Source: Clostridiales bacterium (GTDB lineage Bacteria; Bacillota; Clostridia; Lachnospirales; WQUN01). From it: DNA of 37,998 bases. The stretch is from assembly GCA_031269415.1 (NCBI GenBank), contig JAISZF010000050.1, forward strand, positions 1-37,998, in the 5' to 3' direction. The notes beneath the pieces were generated by a model, which searched no databases, was not told the DNA's origin, and saw nothing but the letters and a program-made list of their open reading frames with translations. Positions 18,081 to 26,701 of this stretch are shown here, piece by piece; position 1 is the stretch's first letter; each line of letters starts with the position of its first letter. The position numbers and the translations under genes were made by a program.

Positions 18081-18848
18081 AAGCCTCTGCCTCACAGCCT
18101 CATACAGCAATACGCTGCCCGCCGCCGCCGCGTTCAGCGATTCTGCCTTGCCAATCATGGGGATCTTTGTTAAGACATCGGCTTGCGCGGATAACTCGGG
18201 CGAAAGCCCGCGCGCTTCATTCCCTATCATTATACAGCACGCTCGGCTTAGATCGGCGTTATAAGGTATGGTATCGCCTTTCAGATGCGCGGCGGCCAAT
18301 ATTACGCCGCGCTCTTTTAAAAAACGCGCGGCGGTCATTGCGTCCATGTCTGTTACGCAGGGCAGATGGAACAGAGAACCGGCGGACGCCCGTATTACTT
18401 TCGGGCTGTACAAATCGGCGCAGCCTCGGGTCAGTATTACGCCCGCCGCGCCCGCCGCGTCCGCCGTCCGTATCAGAGCGCCGACATTGCCGGGATCCGT
18501 TACGGACTCGCACAGCAGCAAGAGTGAATTTTCAGCGGTCACTCTGCACAAGGTGTACGCTCTTTTTGCGCAAACGGCCATTACGCCCTGCGGCGTAACC
18601 GTGTCGGACAGCTTTTTGTATTGGTAATCCGCCGCGATATAGACTCGTGCTTTGCTTTCGTAAATATTAAGATCGTGTTTACCCGCGAACTCCGCGGAAA
18701 CAATAAAGCATTCGACAGGCCATCCGTCTGGGATCTCGGAAATAAATTTTTCCCCTTCGACAATAAACAGATTAGTTTTATCCCTGCCCTTTTCTCTAAG
18801 GAGTGTCAGGGTTTTTTTTATATATTTTTGGCTGATAATTTGGGCCAT
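18075..18848 (-). CDS. TrmH/SpoU-family RNA 2'-O-methyltransferase
   Basis: 257 aa. SpoU motifs NVGALIRTADAAG, IMIGNEARGLS and ESLNAA are present. It is convergent with the GGDEF gene and overlaps it by 6 nt. Confidence 0.8.
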   Translation of the reverse strand: MAQIISQKYIKKTLTLLREKGRDKTNLFIVEGEKFISEIPDGWPVECFIVSAEFAGKHDLNIYESKARVYIAADYQYKKLSDTVTPQGVMAVCAKRAYTLCRVTAENSLLLLCESVTDPGNVGALIRTADAAGAAGVILTRGCADLYSPKVIRASAGSLFHLPCVTDMDAMTAARFLKERGVILAAAHLKGDTIPYNADLSRACCIMIGNEARGLSPELSAQADVLTKIPMIGKAESLNAAAAGSVLLYEAVRQRLL

Positions 18849-18929
18849 ATAATCACTACCCTCTAAGCAAGTTTATCACATACCCAGCGGAATTGCCAAT
18901 ATCATATTGTATTGACCGGGCGAAGTTTA

Positions 18930-18958
18930 TTGCCAAACCCAAAATCCAATGGTAAAAT
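18930..18958 (+). promoter_or_regulatory. sigma-A-type promoter for aroC-lysA
   Basis: TTGCCA (18930-18935), 17-nt spacer, TGg-TAAAAT (18950-18958). Confidence 0.4.
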
Positions 18959-18988
18959 CAATCATATATTGTAAGAAAGGGGCCGTAT

Positions 18989-20095
18989 ATGTCGGGTTCG
19001 CGTTTCGGAAAGAATTTTACCGTCACCACCTGGGGCGAGAGCCACGGTCCGGCGATCGGCGCGGTCGTCGACGGTTGCCCGGCGGGAGTCGCGCTGTCGG
19101 AGGAGGACATTCAGCGCGATTTGGACAGGCGAAGCCCGGGCCGTTCCCCTTACGCCTCAAAGCGTGTGGAACCGGATACGGCTGTTATTCTGTCCGGCGT
19201 ATTTAACGGCGTGACGACTGGTACGCCCGTATCCATACTCATCAACAACGCGGACAAGCGAACGGCGGACTATTCGGATATCGCCGGGGTATACAGGCCT
19301 GGGCACGCCGATTATACCTACGATAAGAAATACGGAATCCGCGATTACAGGGGCGGCGGGAGGTCGTCCGGTCGTGAGACCGCGTGCCGTGTGGCGGGCG
19401 GGGCGGTGGCGCGGCGTTTTTTAGGCGAATTGGGCGTGGATGTACAGGCGTATACGGTGGCGATCGGCTCCACTAGCGTTGACAGAGCGAGGTTTGACAT
19501 GTCGCAAGTCACGCTTAATCCATTATGCATGCCCGATCGGCAAGCCTACGAGCGGGCCGCCGCCGAAACGGATGCCGCGATGAAAGAGGGGAACTCGCTG
19601 GGCGGGGTCGTCGAGTGCGTTATACGAGGCGTTCCGCCGGGTGTCGGCGAGCCGGTGTTCGATAAACTCTCCGCGCTGCTGGCGCGCGCCGTATGCTCCA
19701 TAAACGCCGTCAAGGGGTTTGAAATGGGCGCGGGCTTTAACGCCGCCGGTATGAAGGGCACGGAGAATAACGACGAAATGTATTATGAAAATGGCGCACT
19801 CAAAAAACGCACGAATAACGCCGGCGGTATATACGGCGGTATAGCCGACGGCTCGGATATTGTGTTCCGCGCCGCGTTTAAACCCACGCCGTCTATATCC
19901 GCCGCTCAAAACACGGTCGGCGCGGACGGGGCGAACAGAACTCTGCGCGTAAAAGGCCGCCATGATCCGCTTGTGGTTCCCAGGGCTGTGGTGGTGGTCG
20001 AGGCGATGGCGGCGCTGACGGTGGCGGATCTTACGCTTCAGGCGTGTTTGTCAAATATTCTCAATATTAAAAAGATACTGGATGTGGTGAAATGA
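18989..20095 (+). CDS. aroC: chorismate synthase
   Basis: 368 aa. The N-terminus FGKNFTVTTWGESHGPAIGAVVDGCPAG and the overall sequence are typical AroC. Confidence 0.93.
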   Translation: MSGSRFGKNFTVTTWGESHGPAIGAVVDGCPAGVALSEEDIQRDLDRRSPGRSPYASKRVEPDTAVILSGVFNGVTTGTPVSILINNADKRTADYSDIAGVYRPGHADYTYDKKYGIRDYRGGGRSSGRETACRVAGGAVARRFLGELGVDVQAYTVAIGSTSVDRARFDMSQVTLNPLCMPDRQAYERAAAETDAAMKEGNSLGGVVECVIRGVPPGVGEPVFDKLSALLARAVCSINAVKGFEMGAGFNAAGMKGTENNDEMYYENGALKKRTNNAGGIYGGIADGSDIVFRAAFKPTPSISAAQNTVGADGANRTLRVKGRHDPLVVPRAVVVVEAMAALTVADLTLQACLSNILNIKKILDVVK

Positions 20096-21351
20096 TAAAG
20101 TTGAATGCCAGTGTGACGGACAAAACAAACTTCTTTAACGGGTCCGATCCCTTCGACCTCGCGGCGAGGTACGGCAGCCCGTTGTATGTGTACAATGAAC
20201 GCATTCTGCGGCGGAACTGCCGCGATTTGGCCGGAATGTGCGGCTATCCGCATTTTAAGGTGAATTTTTCCGCAAAGGCCAACAGTAATCTGGCGATATT
20301 GCAAATCGTCCGTGAAGAAGGGCTGTTTGTGGACGCGATTAGCGCGGGAGAAATATTCGCGGAGCTGGCCGCGGGCTTTACCTCTGATGAGATCTTTTTT
20401 GTTCCCAACAATATTTCCGAGGACGAGATGCGATTCGCCATTGAACGCGGCATACTGCTCAGTGTGGATTCCGTTTCGCAGTTGGAGCGGTACGCCTCGC
20501 TTAACCCGGGAGGCCGCGTCGCGATTCGATTTAACCCGGGCGTCGGGGCAGGCCATCATGAGAAGGTCATAACCGCCGGAGAGAATATCAAATTTGGGGT
20601 GAATCCGGAGGATATACCGAATGTCAAGAATATAATCCGCCGCTATAACCTAAGCCTGACAGGTATAAATCAGCATATAGGGTCGCTGTTTCTGGAGAAA
20701 ACCCAGTATCTGAAAAGTATGGACGCTTTATTTGATATAGCCAGGGAGTTTGAGGATCTGGATTTTATAGATATGGGCGGAGGATTCGGTATTCCGTATC
20801 ATAAGACGGAGGGGCAGGGCAGGCTCGATCTCAAGGATATGGGCGATTCGCTGGCGGAGAGGATGACGCGGTTCGCCGGTGAATACGGCAAAGAATTGAC
20901 TTTAATGGTTGAACCCGGCAGATATGTAAGCGCTGAAGCGGGTTTGCTGCTTGGAACGGTGCACGCGGTGAAATTTAACGGGCCGGTTAAGTATGTGGGT
21001 ACGGATATCGGCTTTAACGTCCTTGCGAGGCCTGTGATGTACGACGCGCACCATGATGTCGAAATCTACAGGCGTGATGACTTAACCTCGGGAAAGCGGG
21101 AGTGCGTTAACATCGCCGGAAATATCTGTGAGAGCGGAGATATACTGGCCAAAAACCGGCTTCTGCCGGAGATACTGGAGGACGACCTGCTGGGGGTGCT
21201 GGACGCCGGAGCTTACGGGCACTCGATGAGTTCCAACTATAATAACCGATTGCGGCCCGCTGAAATATTGCTGCGCGAGGATAATTCCGTACGGTTAATC
21301 CGCGGGCGCGATACCATGGAGGATCTCTTGCGGCCTTATGTCAAGCTTTAG
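20092..21351 (+). CDS. lysA: diaminopimelate decarboxylase
   Basis: 419 aa. It has a PLP-lysine context (FSAKANSN) plus GGGFGIPY and CESGD. There is an ATGA overlap with aroC. Confidence 0.9.
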   Translation: MIKLNASVTDKTNFFNGSDPFDLAARYGSPLYVYNERILRRNCRDLAGMCGYPHFKVNFSAKANSNLAILQIVREEGLFVDAISAGEIFAELAAGFTSDEIFFVPNNISEDEMRFAIERGILLSVDSVSQLERYASLNPGGRVAIRFNPGVGAGHHEKVITAGENIKFGVNPEDIPNVKNIIRRYNLSLTGINQHIGSLFLEKTQYLKSMDALFDIAREFEDLDFIDMGGGFGIPYHKTEGQGRLDLKDMGDSLAERMTRFAGEYGKELTLMVEPGRYVSAEAGLLLGTVHAVKFNGPVKYVGTDIGFNVLARPVMYDAHHDVEIYRRDDLTSGKRECVNIAGNICESGDILAKNRLLPEILEDDLLGVLDAGAYGHSMSSNYNNRLRPAEILLREDNSVRLIRGRDTMEDLLRPYVKL

Positions 21352-21409
21352 TCTTCACGCCGACTGTCCGCGGGGCGCGGTCTATCCGTCGTGTCCATAA
21401 GGGTAAAAA

Positions 21410-21423
21410 TGTCGAATGTCGAA
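21410..21423 (+). promoter_or_regulatory. two abutting perfect TGTCGAA heptamers (Spo0A-box consensus)
   Basis: TGTCGAATGTCGAA read directly. It lies about 60-75 nt upstream of the -35 at 21485. Confidence 0.35.
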
Positions 21424-21484
21424 TGATTTCTTTTGATTATCACAACTTTATCTAAAGTTTTTTTCCGATAAGCCGATATAGTTA

Positions 21485-21513
21485 TTGAAAAACAAAAACA
21501 GTTGTATTATAAT
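21485..21513 (+). promoter_or_regulatory. near-consensus sigma-A promoter inside the lysA-deacetylase intergenic region
   Basis: TTGAAA (21485-21490), exactly 17 nt, TATAAT (21508-21513). Confidence 0.55.
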
Positions 21514-21519
21514 ACCTAA

Positions 21520-21620
21520 GTATGGAGTTAATTCTAAATATGATATAATTCTATTATTCGTTATATTTTTCTCCTTTCCCTCTTTTTGAGAAAGCCTTTT
21601 GGCTTTCTCACTTTTTTTTT
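21520..21620 (+). ncRNA. candidate ~100-nt small RNA or leader/attenuator transcript
   Basis: It is bounded by the promoter above and the intrinsic terminator at 21588-21620. It contains a pyrimidine tract, TTTTTCTCCTTTCCCTCTTTTT (21566-21587). The only coding potential is a leaderless 8-codon ORF (ATG 21522). Confidence 0.3.
21588..21620 (+). terminator. intrinsic terminator (+ strand only)
   Basis: GAGAAAGCC, loop TTTT, GGCTTTCTC, followed by ACTTTTTTTTT. Confidence 0.7.
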
Positions 21621-21781
21621 CATAAAATATGGCGTATGCTGTCTGTTTTTTCAAATTCTGACACGCAAGTGAAATATAATTGTTATTTATTAAGTTGGAA
21701 TATTTAGGTATACTAACAGGACTAATATAGAATTCGGCGACCGGCATATTCCGGGGGCTGATAGTATCGAGAGGGGAGAGT

Positions 21782-22579
21782 ATGCTTAAAAAGTTGTTTT
21801 TTTGTCTTGCCGCGATCTCTATCGCGTTTTTCGGTTTAACCGGATTGATGCAGGCAAATCAGCCTCAAATCGCTGTTTTGCTGTATCATCACCTCATTCC
21901 CGAGGCTGATAACACCGCTTTTTCGGATAACGGGCTGGTTATGTCTGTGGAACTATTCGCCCGGCAAATGGAATATCTTTATAAGAACCAATACCATACG
22001 GTTACCTCGAGTGAATTAAGGTCATTTTTGTATGAAAAAAAAGCGCTTCCGCCAAAGAGCGTGATGATTACTTTTGACGACGGCTATATGAGTAATTATA
22101 CCTTCGCCTACCCGATCCTGAAACAATACGGGTTTAAAGCCGTATTATTCGCTATTACGGGAAGCGTGCAAACCAAGGATCAGGAATATCACCCCGATCA
22201 GTTGGACATGATCAGTTGGATGCAGGTAGCCGCGGGATCGGACATATTCGAGTTCGCTTCGCATACCCACGCGCTGCACACGCCGGTGAACGGTAAAACA
22301 GGTTTAGTGAGCGTGACACCGGATGAAGCCCAAGCCGATTTGATACTCAGCCAAAAGCGGATCAATAACAGGAAACTGTTCGCTTACCCTTTGGGTCAGT
22401 ACAACACGCGGGTAGTCGATATGCTGCGCAATAATGGCGTCGATATGGCGTTTACGATTAATAAGGGTTATGTAAATCAGAACAGCAATCCGTTGCTGCT
22501 GAACAGGGTTACTGTTTATGCCAGCTGCGATATTAAAACATTCGAATCCGTCGTGACATGCAAATACAAATACAGGTAA
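21782..22579 (+). CDS. secreted polysaccharide deacetylase (NodB homology domain)
   Basis: 265 aa with a signal peptide. It has the TFDDGY motif and histidines (ASHTHALH). Confidence 0.85.
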   Translation: MLKKLFFCLAAISIAFFGLTGLMQANQPQIAVLLYHHLIPEADNTAFSDNGLVMSVELFARQMEYLYKNQYHTVTSSELRSFLYEKKALPPKSVMITFDDGYMSNYTFAYPILKQYGFKAVLFAITGSVQTKDQEYHPDQLDMISWMQVAAGSDIFEFASHTHALHTPVNGKTGLVSVTPDEAQADLILSQKRINNRKLFAYPLGQYNTRVVDMLRNNGVDMAFTINKGYVNQNSNPLLLNRVTVYASCDIKTFESVVTCKYKYR

Positions 22580-23646
22580 TGGCTAAGACGCGTAACGTGG
22601 AATTAAAAGGCGAACGCTCATTGGAGAGGAAGATAAAAAACGCTCCCCACGCTCCGGGATGCTATCTGTATAAAGACGCTTCCGGTCAGGTTATCTATGT
22701 GGGCAAGTCAAAGGAATTACATAAGCGCGTAAAACAGTATTTCAGGAACAAGCCCTTCGATTACGAAAAACTGAACCGTTTGGCGCGCGCGATCAGCGAT
22801 GTGGAGTATATCGTGACACCAACGGAACTCGACGCGCTGATAACGGAATACAGGCTGATTAAAACCTATAAGCCGAGGTTTAATTCTCAGTTGAAACAAG
22901 ACGTGGAGCATCCCCTGCTGCGTATAGACACGTCGGGGATATACCCGGCCATATCGGCGACGAGTGAGTACGCGGAGGGTTTTGGCTGTTATTTCACCTG
23001 CTTCTTCGACATCTATGAGATTCAAAGCGCGATCGATACGATTAACAGGGCGTGGCGCACACCCCTCTGCGGTAAAACGGAATTTCAGCCGAACGGACGC
23101 GCCTGCTTGAATTATCATATCGGCAGATGCCTCGCGCCATGCGCGGCGATGCCGGATCCGGAGGCCTACCGGCGTGACATCGATCAGGTAATCGCTCTTC
23201 TGAGAGGCGAGCATGTGATGAAGCTCGAAGAACTGCGTCTATTGATGGAAGCTTACTCGGAGGAACTGGCTTTTGAAAAAGCCGAAGCGTGCCGCGTGTT
23301 GATTGACGATTTGGAACGGCTGCGGGCGCGCGGCGCTAAGCATTTCTACAGGTACGATAAAGTAAATCGCGCGATCCTTTTTATAAGGCCGTTCCATGCC
23401 GCGCAATATACTGTGTTCTGCTTTAATGAGGGCAGAGCGGTATTGAGAAAAGACTTTCCGACACTCGAAGCGGCGCCGGAGATCAGGTTCGAAAACGCGC
23501 CGCCGATCTCCGAAGGACGCTGGCTGGAGCGGGCTTTGGCTGAAATATTGGCGGTCAAGTGTTTTATCAGGCTTGCGGACGAGTGTGAGGATACGGAAAT
23601 AATAAATTCAGCGTTGATAAACAGTAATTTTTTTCTGGGATTATAA
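22579..23646 (+). CDS. truncated UvrC-like (Cho-like) GIY-YIG nuclease with UVR domain
   Basis: The track ORF starts at 22558. ATG 22579 overlaps the upstream stop (TAATG). It has a GIY-YIG module (PGCYLYKD..GQVIYVGKSKELHKRVKQYF), the UvrC Cys-rich segment CLNYHIGRCLAPC and a UVR-like helix pair. The C-terminal EndoV/RNaseH-like and HhH domains are absent. Confidence 0.75.
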   Translation: MAKTRNVELKGERSLERKIKNAPHAPGCYLYKDASGQVIYVGKSKELHKRVKQYFRNKPFDYEKLNRLARAISDVEYIVTPTELDALITEYRLIKTYKPRFNSQLKQDVEHPLLRIDTSGIYPAISATSEYAEGFGCYFTCFFDIYEIQSAIDTINRAWRTPLCGKTEFQPNGRACLNYHIGRCLAPCAAMPDPEAYRRDIDQVIALLRGEHVMKLEELRLLMEAYSEELAFEKAEACRVLIDDLERLRARGAKHFYRYDKVNRAILFIRPFHAAQYTVFCFNEGRAVLRKDFPTLEAAPEIRFENAPPISEGRWLERALAEILAVKCFIRLADECEDTEIINSALINSNFFLGL

Positions 23647-23720
23647 AATTCACACTCTGTTCATATTTTATTTATATATAGGTTTTATAATAATTATGGT
23701 AGAGATCGAGGGGGCTAGGG

Positions 23721-25190
23721 ATGGAAGAATATAAAAAAAATTTTCTGGACTTAACTGAGATCGATAGAATTCAGCGGGAAATTGAACGGAATCTGTATAG
23801 CAAACCTCAGTCTGATTACGCGCGTGATATCAATCAAGCCGAACCCACGGTTGAATTTACCGGCGGCCTGGTTACTTACGCGAATCCGGAACGCTATTAT
23901 TCAGGCGCGAGCGTCCCGATTTATGAGCCTAAGCCCGGCGCGTCACGTAATGTATTCTACCATGAAACTATAAAAAACGAAACCAAGCGTTATAATAAAA
24001 AGCGTTTTCGTCGTACCGCCGCGATTGCCGTAGTCATCTGTACTTTAGGTACCGGTACGTTGGGCGTGGGGTTTGGCGTAGCTTATCCGCTGGCTAAAAA
24101 TTATTTTTATCCGAGTATAAGCAGTGAAAATTCCCGTAATTATATAAATGCCTCCGGTGCGGATAAGTCTGAGGTAACCAGTGAGACTGTCACCGGAACG
24201 ATTGTGAAACCCGCCGAGGATCCGACGGTCATTCGTTCAATGACAGACGTTATTAAACTGGTGGCTCCATCCGTTGTATCCATCAGATCAGTGGCGGAGA
24301 CGTCAGCCGACTATTTTAGTTTGCCAAACGCTGAGAGCGGCTCGGGATCGGGTATTATCTTCAGCGAGGATTCCGGCAATATCTTTATAGCCACGAATTA
24401 CCACGTAATATCCGGCGCCGAGTCCGTTACAATCAATATTGGCGACAGCGAGGATATAGAGGCTTCATTCGTGGGCAGCAACCCCGAGTCGGATTTGGCG
24501 GTTATTTCCGTTTCAAAAGCCGACATCGCGAAAGCGGGCGTTTATTCCGTTTCGATTGCCATATTCGGAGATTCTGATATAACACAGGTCGGTGAGCCTG
24601 TAATAGCGATCGGCAACGCCATGGGCGAGGGCAATATAGTTACTTCAGGCATTGTCAGCGCCGTTAATAAAGAAATCTCGATAAATAATATGAATCTGCT
24701 GGTTATTCAAACCGACGCCGCGATAAACCCGGGCAACAGCGGCGGCCCGCTGATAAACGCTTGCGGCGAGATCGTCGGCGTAAACACGGCAAGGCTTATG
24801 CCTTCCGACGCCGAGGGTATGGGTTACAGCATTACTTCCAATACGGTTCAGCCTATATTAGAGGAGATTCTTCATCAGACGCCTAAGCCGTTTTTAGGTA
24901 TTCAAGGCACGGATCTCACCAAAGACTTAGCGGATATTTATCAGCTGCCCAATTTGGGTGTGCTGGTGCAGGAGGTTGTACCTGGATCCAGCGCTCAAAA
25001 AGCGGGTATACAGCGCACCGATGTCATTACCGGCTTTAACGATGAGCCAATATTCACGATGAAACAGCTTTCCGAGGCAATACAAAAATGTAAAGTCGGC
25101 GATGTGGTTACAGTCAAGGTATACCGTGAAGGCAGCGCTTCACTTGAATTCAAGGTTAAACTCGCTGAGTATAAAACGGATAATTTTTAA
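23721..25190 (+). CDS. htrA: membrane-anchored HtrA/DegP-family serine protease with PDZ domain
   Basis: 489 aa with a cytoplasmic N-terminus and one TM. The catalytic triad contexts are NYHVI, ESDLAVI and GNSGGPL. A C-terminal PDZ domain is present. Confidence 0.88.
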   Translation: MEEYKKNFLDLTEIDRIQREIERNLYSKPQSDYARDINQAEPTVEFTGGLVTYANPERYYSGASVPIYEPKPGASRNVFYHETIKNETKRYNKKRFRRTAAIAVVICTLGTGTLGVGFGVAYPLAKNYFYPSISSENSRNYINASGADKSEVTSETVTGTIVKPAEDPTVIRSMTDVIKLVAPSVVSIRSVAETSADYFSLPNAESGSGSGIIFSEDSGNIFIATNYHVISGAESVTINIGDSEDIEASFVGSNPESDLAVISVSKADIAKAGVYSVSIAIFGDSDITQVGEPVIAIGNAMGEGNIVTSGIVSAVNKEISINNMNLLVIQTDAAINPGNSGGPLINACGEIVGVNTARLMPSDAEGMGYSITSNTVQPILEEILHQTPKPFLGIQGTDLTKDLADIYQLPNLGVLVQEVVPGSSAQKAGIQRTDVITGFNDEPIFTMKQLSEAIQKCKVGDVVTVKVYREGSASLEFKVKLAEYKTDNF

Positions 25191-25273
25191 TTATTGATTT
25201 TTAATTATTGATGTATTGTTCTTTCGGTAAATCCGCGAGAACTTAACATATTCCCTCCTTTATTTTTTTAGCT

Positions 25274-25308
25274 GCCGGCGGCTGGGTTCAGCCTGCCGGC
25301 CTTTTTTT
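25274..25308 (+). terminator. intrinsic terminator after htrA
   Basis: GCCGGCGGCTG, loop GGTT, CAGCCTGCCGGC (one bulge), followed by TTTTTTT. Confidence 0.75.
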
Positions 25309-25321
25309 GAAAGGGGCAGTT

Positions 25322-26140
25322 ATGCGATATCGGATGCTTGTGTCGGATTTGGATAATACGCTGTTAAGCGGCGGAGCGCGTATATCGCCCGAAGTGAAGG
25401 ACGCTGTGGCTTTTGCGGTAAGCAAGGGCGTTCGTATCGTTTTATGCTCGGGCCGGTGCTACTTATCAATGAATATCTTCGAAAAGGCTTTAGGGCTTAT
25501 GTCGGAAGATCAACTGGGAATCAGTTTCAACGGCGGTTTGATATACGAATCCCTGTCCCGGAAGATATTGACAGATTACAGGCTCGAAAGAGGGCTGGCC
25601 TTCGACTTGATAGACGGCTTGAAATCGAGAGGAGCTTCCGTGTTGGTATATCAGGGAGGAGACCTATACGCTGAACATAAGTCGGCGGATATAATGACTT
25701 ACGGGAAGGGCGCAATGCTGCCCGTTAATATACTTAACGACTTCCGCGAGTTGTCCGGGGATGTGTCAAAAATTTTGGTGCGCGGTGAGAAAGGGTTTAT
25801 CAGGCGTGTTGAGGAGTCGCTTAGGGATACGGCGGCCGGTCGCTGCAACGCGTTTTTTTCTGCGGATGTTCTATTGGAGTATTGCCCCCTTGAAGCCGAT
25901 AAAGGCGCGGGGATGGAAAAGGTTTGCGCTCACTACGGCATAAGCCCGGAAGAAACCATCGCGGTGGGAGATCAGAACAACGATATTCCTATGCTGCGCC
26001 TGGCCGGTCTGGGGATCGCGGTCGCCAACGCGACGGAAGAGGCTAAAGCCGCCGCGGATCAAGTGGCTGACGCAACGAATGATCAGAATGCCGCAGCCCG
26101 TATTATTTATAGCTATTTCGCTGACTCCTTAATTCACTGA
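25322..26140 (+). CDS. Cof-type HAD-IIB phosphatase
   Basis: The track ORF starts at 25307. I use ATG 25322 (SD AAAGGGG). It has the DxD motif (VSDLDNTLL) and GDQNND. Confidence 0.85.
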   Translation: MRYRMLVSDLDNTLLSGGARISPEVKDAVAFAVSKGVRIVLCSGRCYLSMNIFEKALGLMSEDQLGISFNGGLIYESLSRKILTDYRLERGLAFDLIDGLKSRGASVLVYQGGDLYAEHKSADIMTYGKGAMLPVNILNDFRELSGDVSKILVRGEKGFIRRVEESLRDTAAGRCNAFFSADVLLEYCPLEADKGAGMEKVCAHYGISPEETIAVGDQNNDIPMLRLAGLGIAVANATEEAKAAADQVADATNDQNAAARIIYSYFADSLIH

Positions 26141-26180
26141 TTTGTCATAATAATGACATTTATTCTGGTTTTATGGGATA

Positions 26181-26248
26181 TTGACAGGTATATTTTGCTA
26201 TGCTATAATTTTGACTTTTTGTCTTGTTTATGGTATACTAAATATAAT
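26181..26248 (+). promoter_or_regulatory. tandem strong sigma-A promoters upstream of veg
   Basis: P1 is TTGACA-17 nt-TATAAT (26181-26209), a perfect consensus. P2 is TTGACT-17 nt-(TGg)TATACT (26211-26239). A further TATAAT lies at 26243-26248. Confidence 0.6.
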
Positions 26249-26298
26249 ATGAATTCCGTAATCGAACATATTGACGAGAATTCATAAATACAAGTGAG

Positions 26299-26550
26299 GT
26301 GACCGTTGTGTTTGATAGAAAAGATGTGGTTCATGTAAAAAAAGACATCGAACGCAGGATAGGAAGCAGGGTGATCCTGGAGACAAACAAAGGCAGACAC
26401 AAATCAGTCGTAAACGAGGGTGTCATCTCCAATGTCTATCCAAGCATCTTTACAATTCAGTTGTCAGATAACGACGGTGCGAAACGCAAGCTGTCATTCA
26501 GTTACACAGATGTACTGACCAATTCTGTGGAAATAACTTTGGCTGAGTAA
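26299..26550 (+). CDS. veg: Veg protein (DUF1021)
   Basis: 83 aa. The start could be GTG 26299 or GTG 26308, with SD GTGAGGTGA. The sequence ...KKDIERRIGSRVILETNKGRHKSVVNEGVISNVYPSIFTIQL...FSYTDVLT is typical Veg. Confidence 0.85.
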   Translation: MTVVFDRKDVVHVKKDIERRIGSRVILETNKGRHKSVVNEGVISNVYPSIFTIQLSDNDGAKRKLSFSYTDVLTNSVEITLAE

Positions 26551-26701
26551 CTACGCGCCGCATAATGGGGGGAACGCCGAGCGGAGAATTTTTTCCGAAC
26601 AGGCATAATCTTTAAGCCTTCTTAATATATTGTCTAAAGATACGCATTTGGATCAGCCAGTCCAAATACGCCGTGACAATTGTTAAGGGGGCAATTTTAT
26701 T

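Noticed and set aside
17616-18762. Isolated TTCGACA (reverse 0A-box) heptamers inside coding regions at about 17616, 18711 and 18756, and one at 8242
   Set aside because: A given 7-mer is expected about 4-5 times on both strands of 38 kb by chance. These copies are single and mostly intragenic.
21448-21747. 99-aa ORF on the minus strand in the AT-rich gap after lysA
   Set aside because: - It has no SD before its ATG.
- The translation is a low-complexity Asn/Ile/Lys-rich product of AT-rich DNA.
- It runs through a +-strand promoter and terminator that explain the region better.
25184-25211. Perfect 14-bp tandem duplication TTTTTAATTATTGA x2 spanning the htrA stop codon, considered as a CRISPR or minisatellite seed
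   Set aside because: There are only two copies, no spacers, and the sequence is AT-rich and low-complexity. It is most simply a slippage duplication with no coding consequence beyond the stop.
25205-25260. Strong SD (AAGGAGGG) plus ATG on the minus strand giving a 14-codon ORF (MLSSRGFTERTIHQ) between htrA and the Cof gene
   Set aside because: - There is no promoter on that strand; it would have to fire from inside the Cof gene.
- The ORF is very short.
- The purine tract may be fortuitous, or its complement may act in the + strand RNA. It is worth a glance in Ribo-seq data but is not supportable here.
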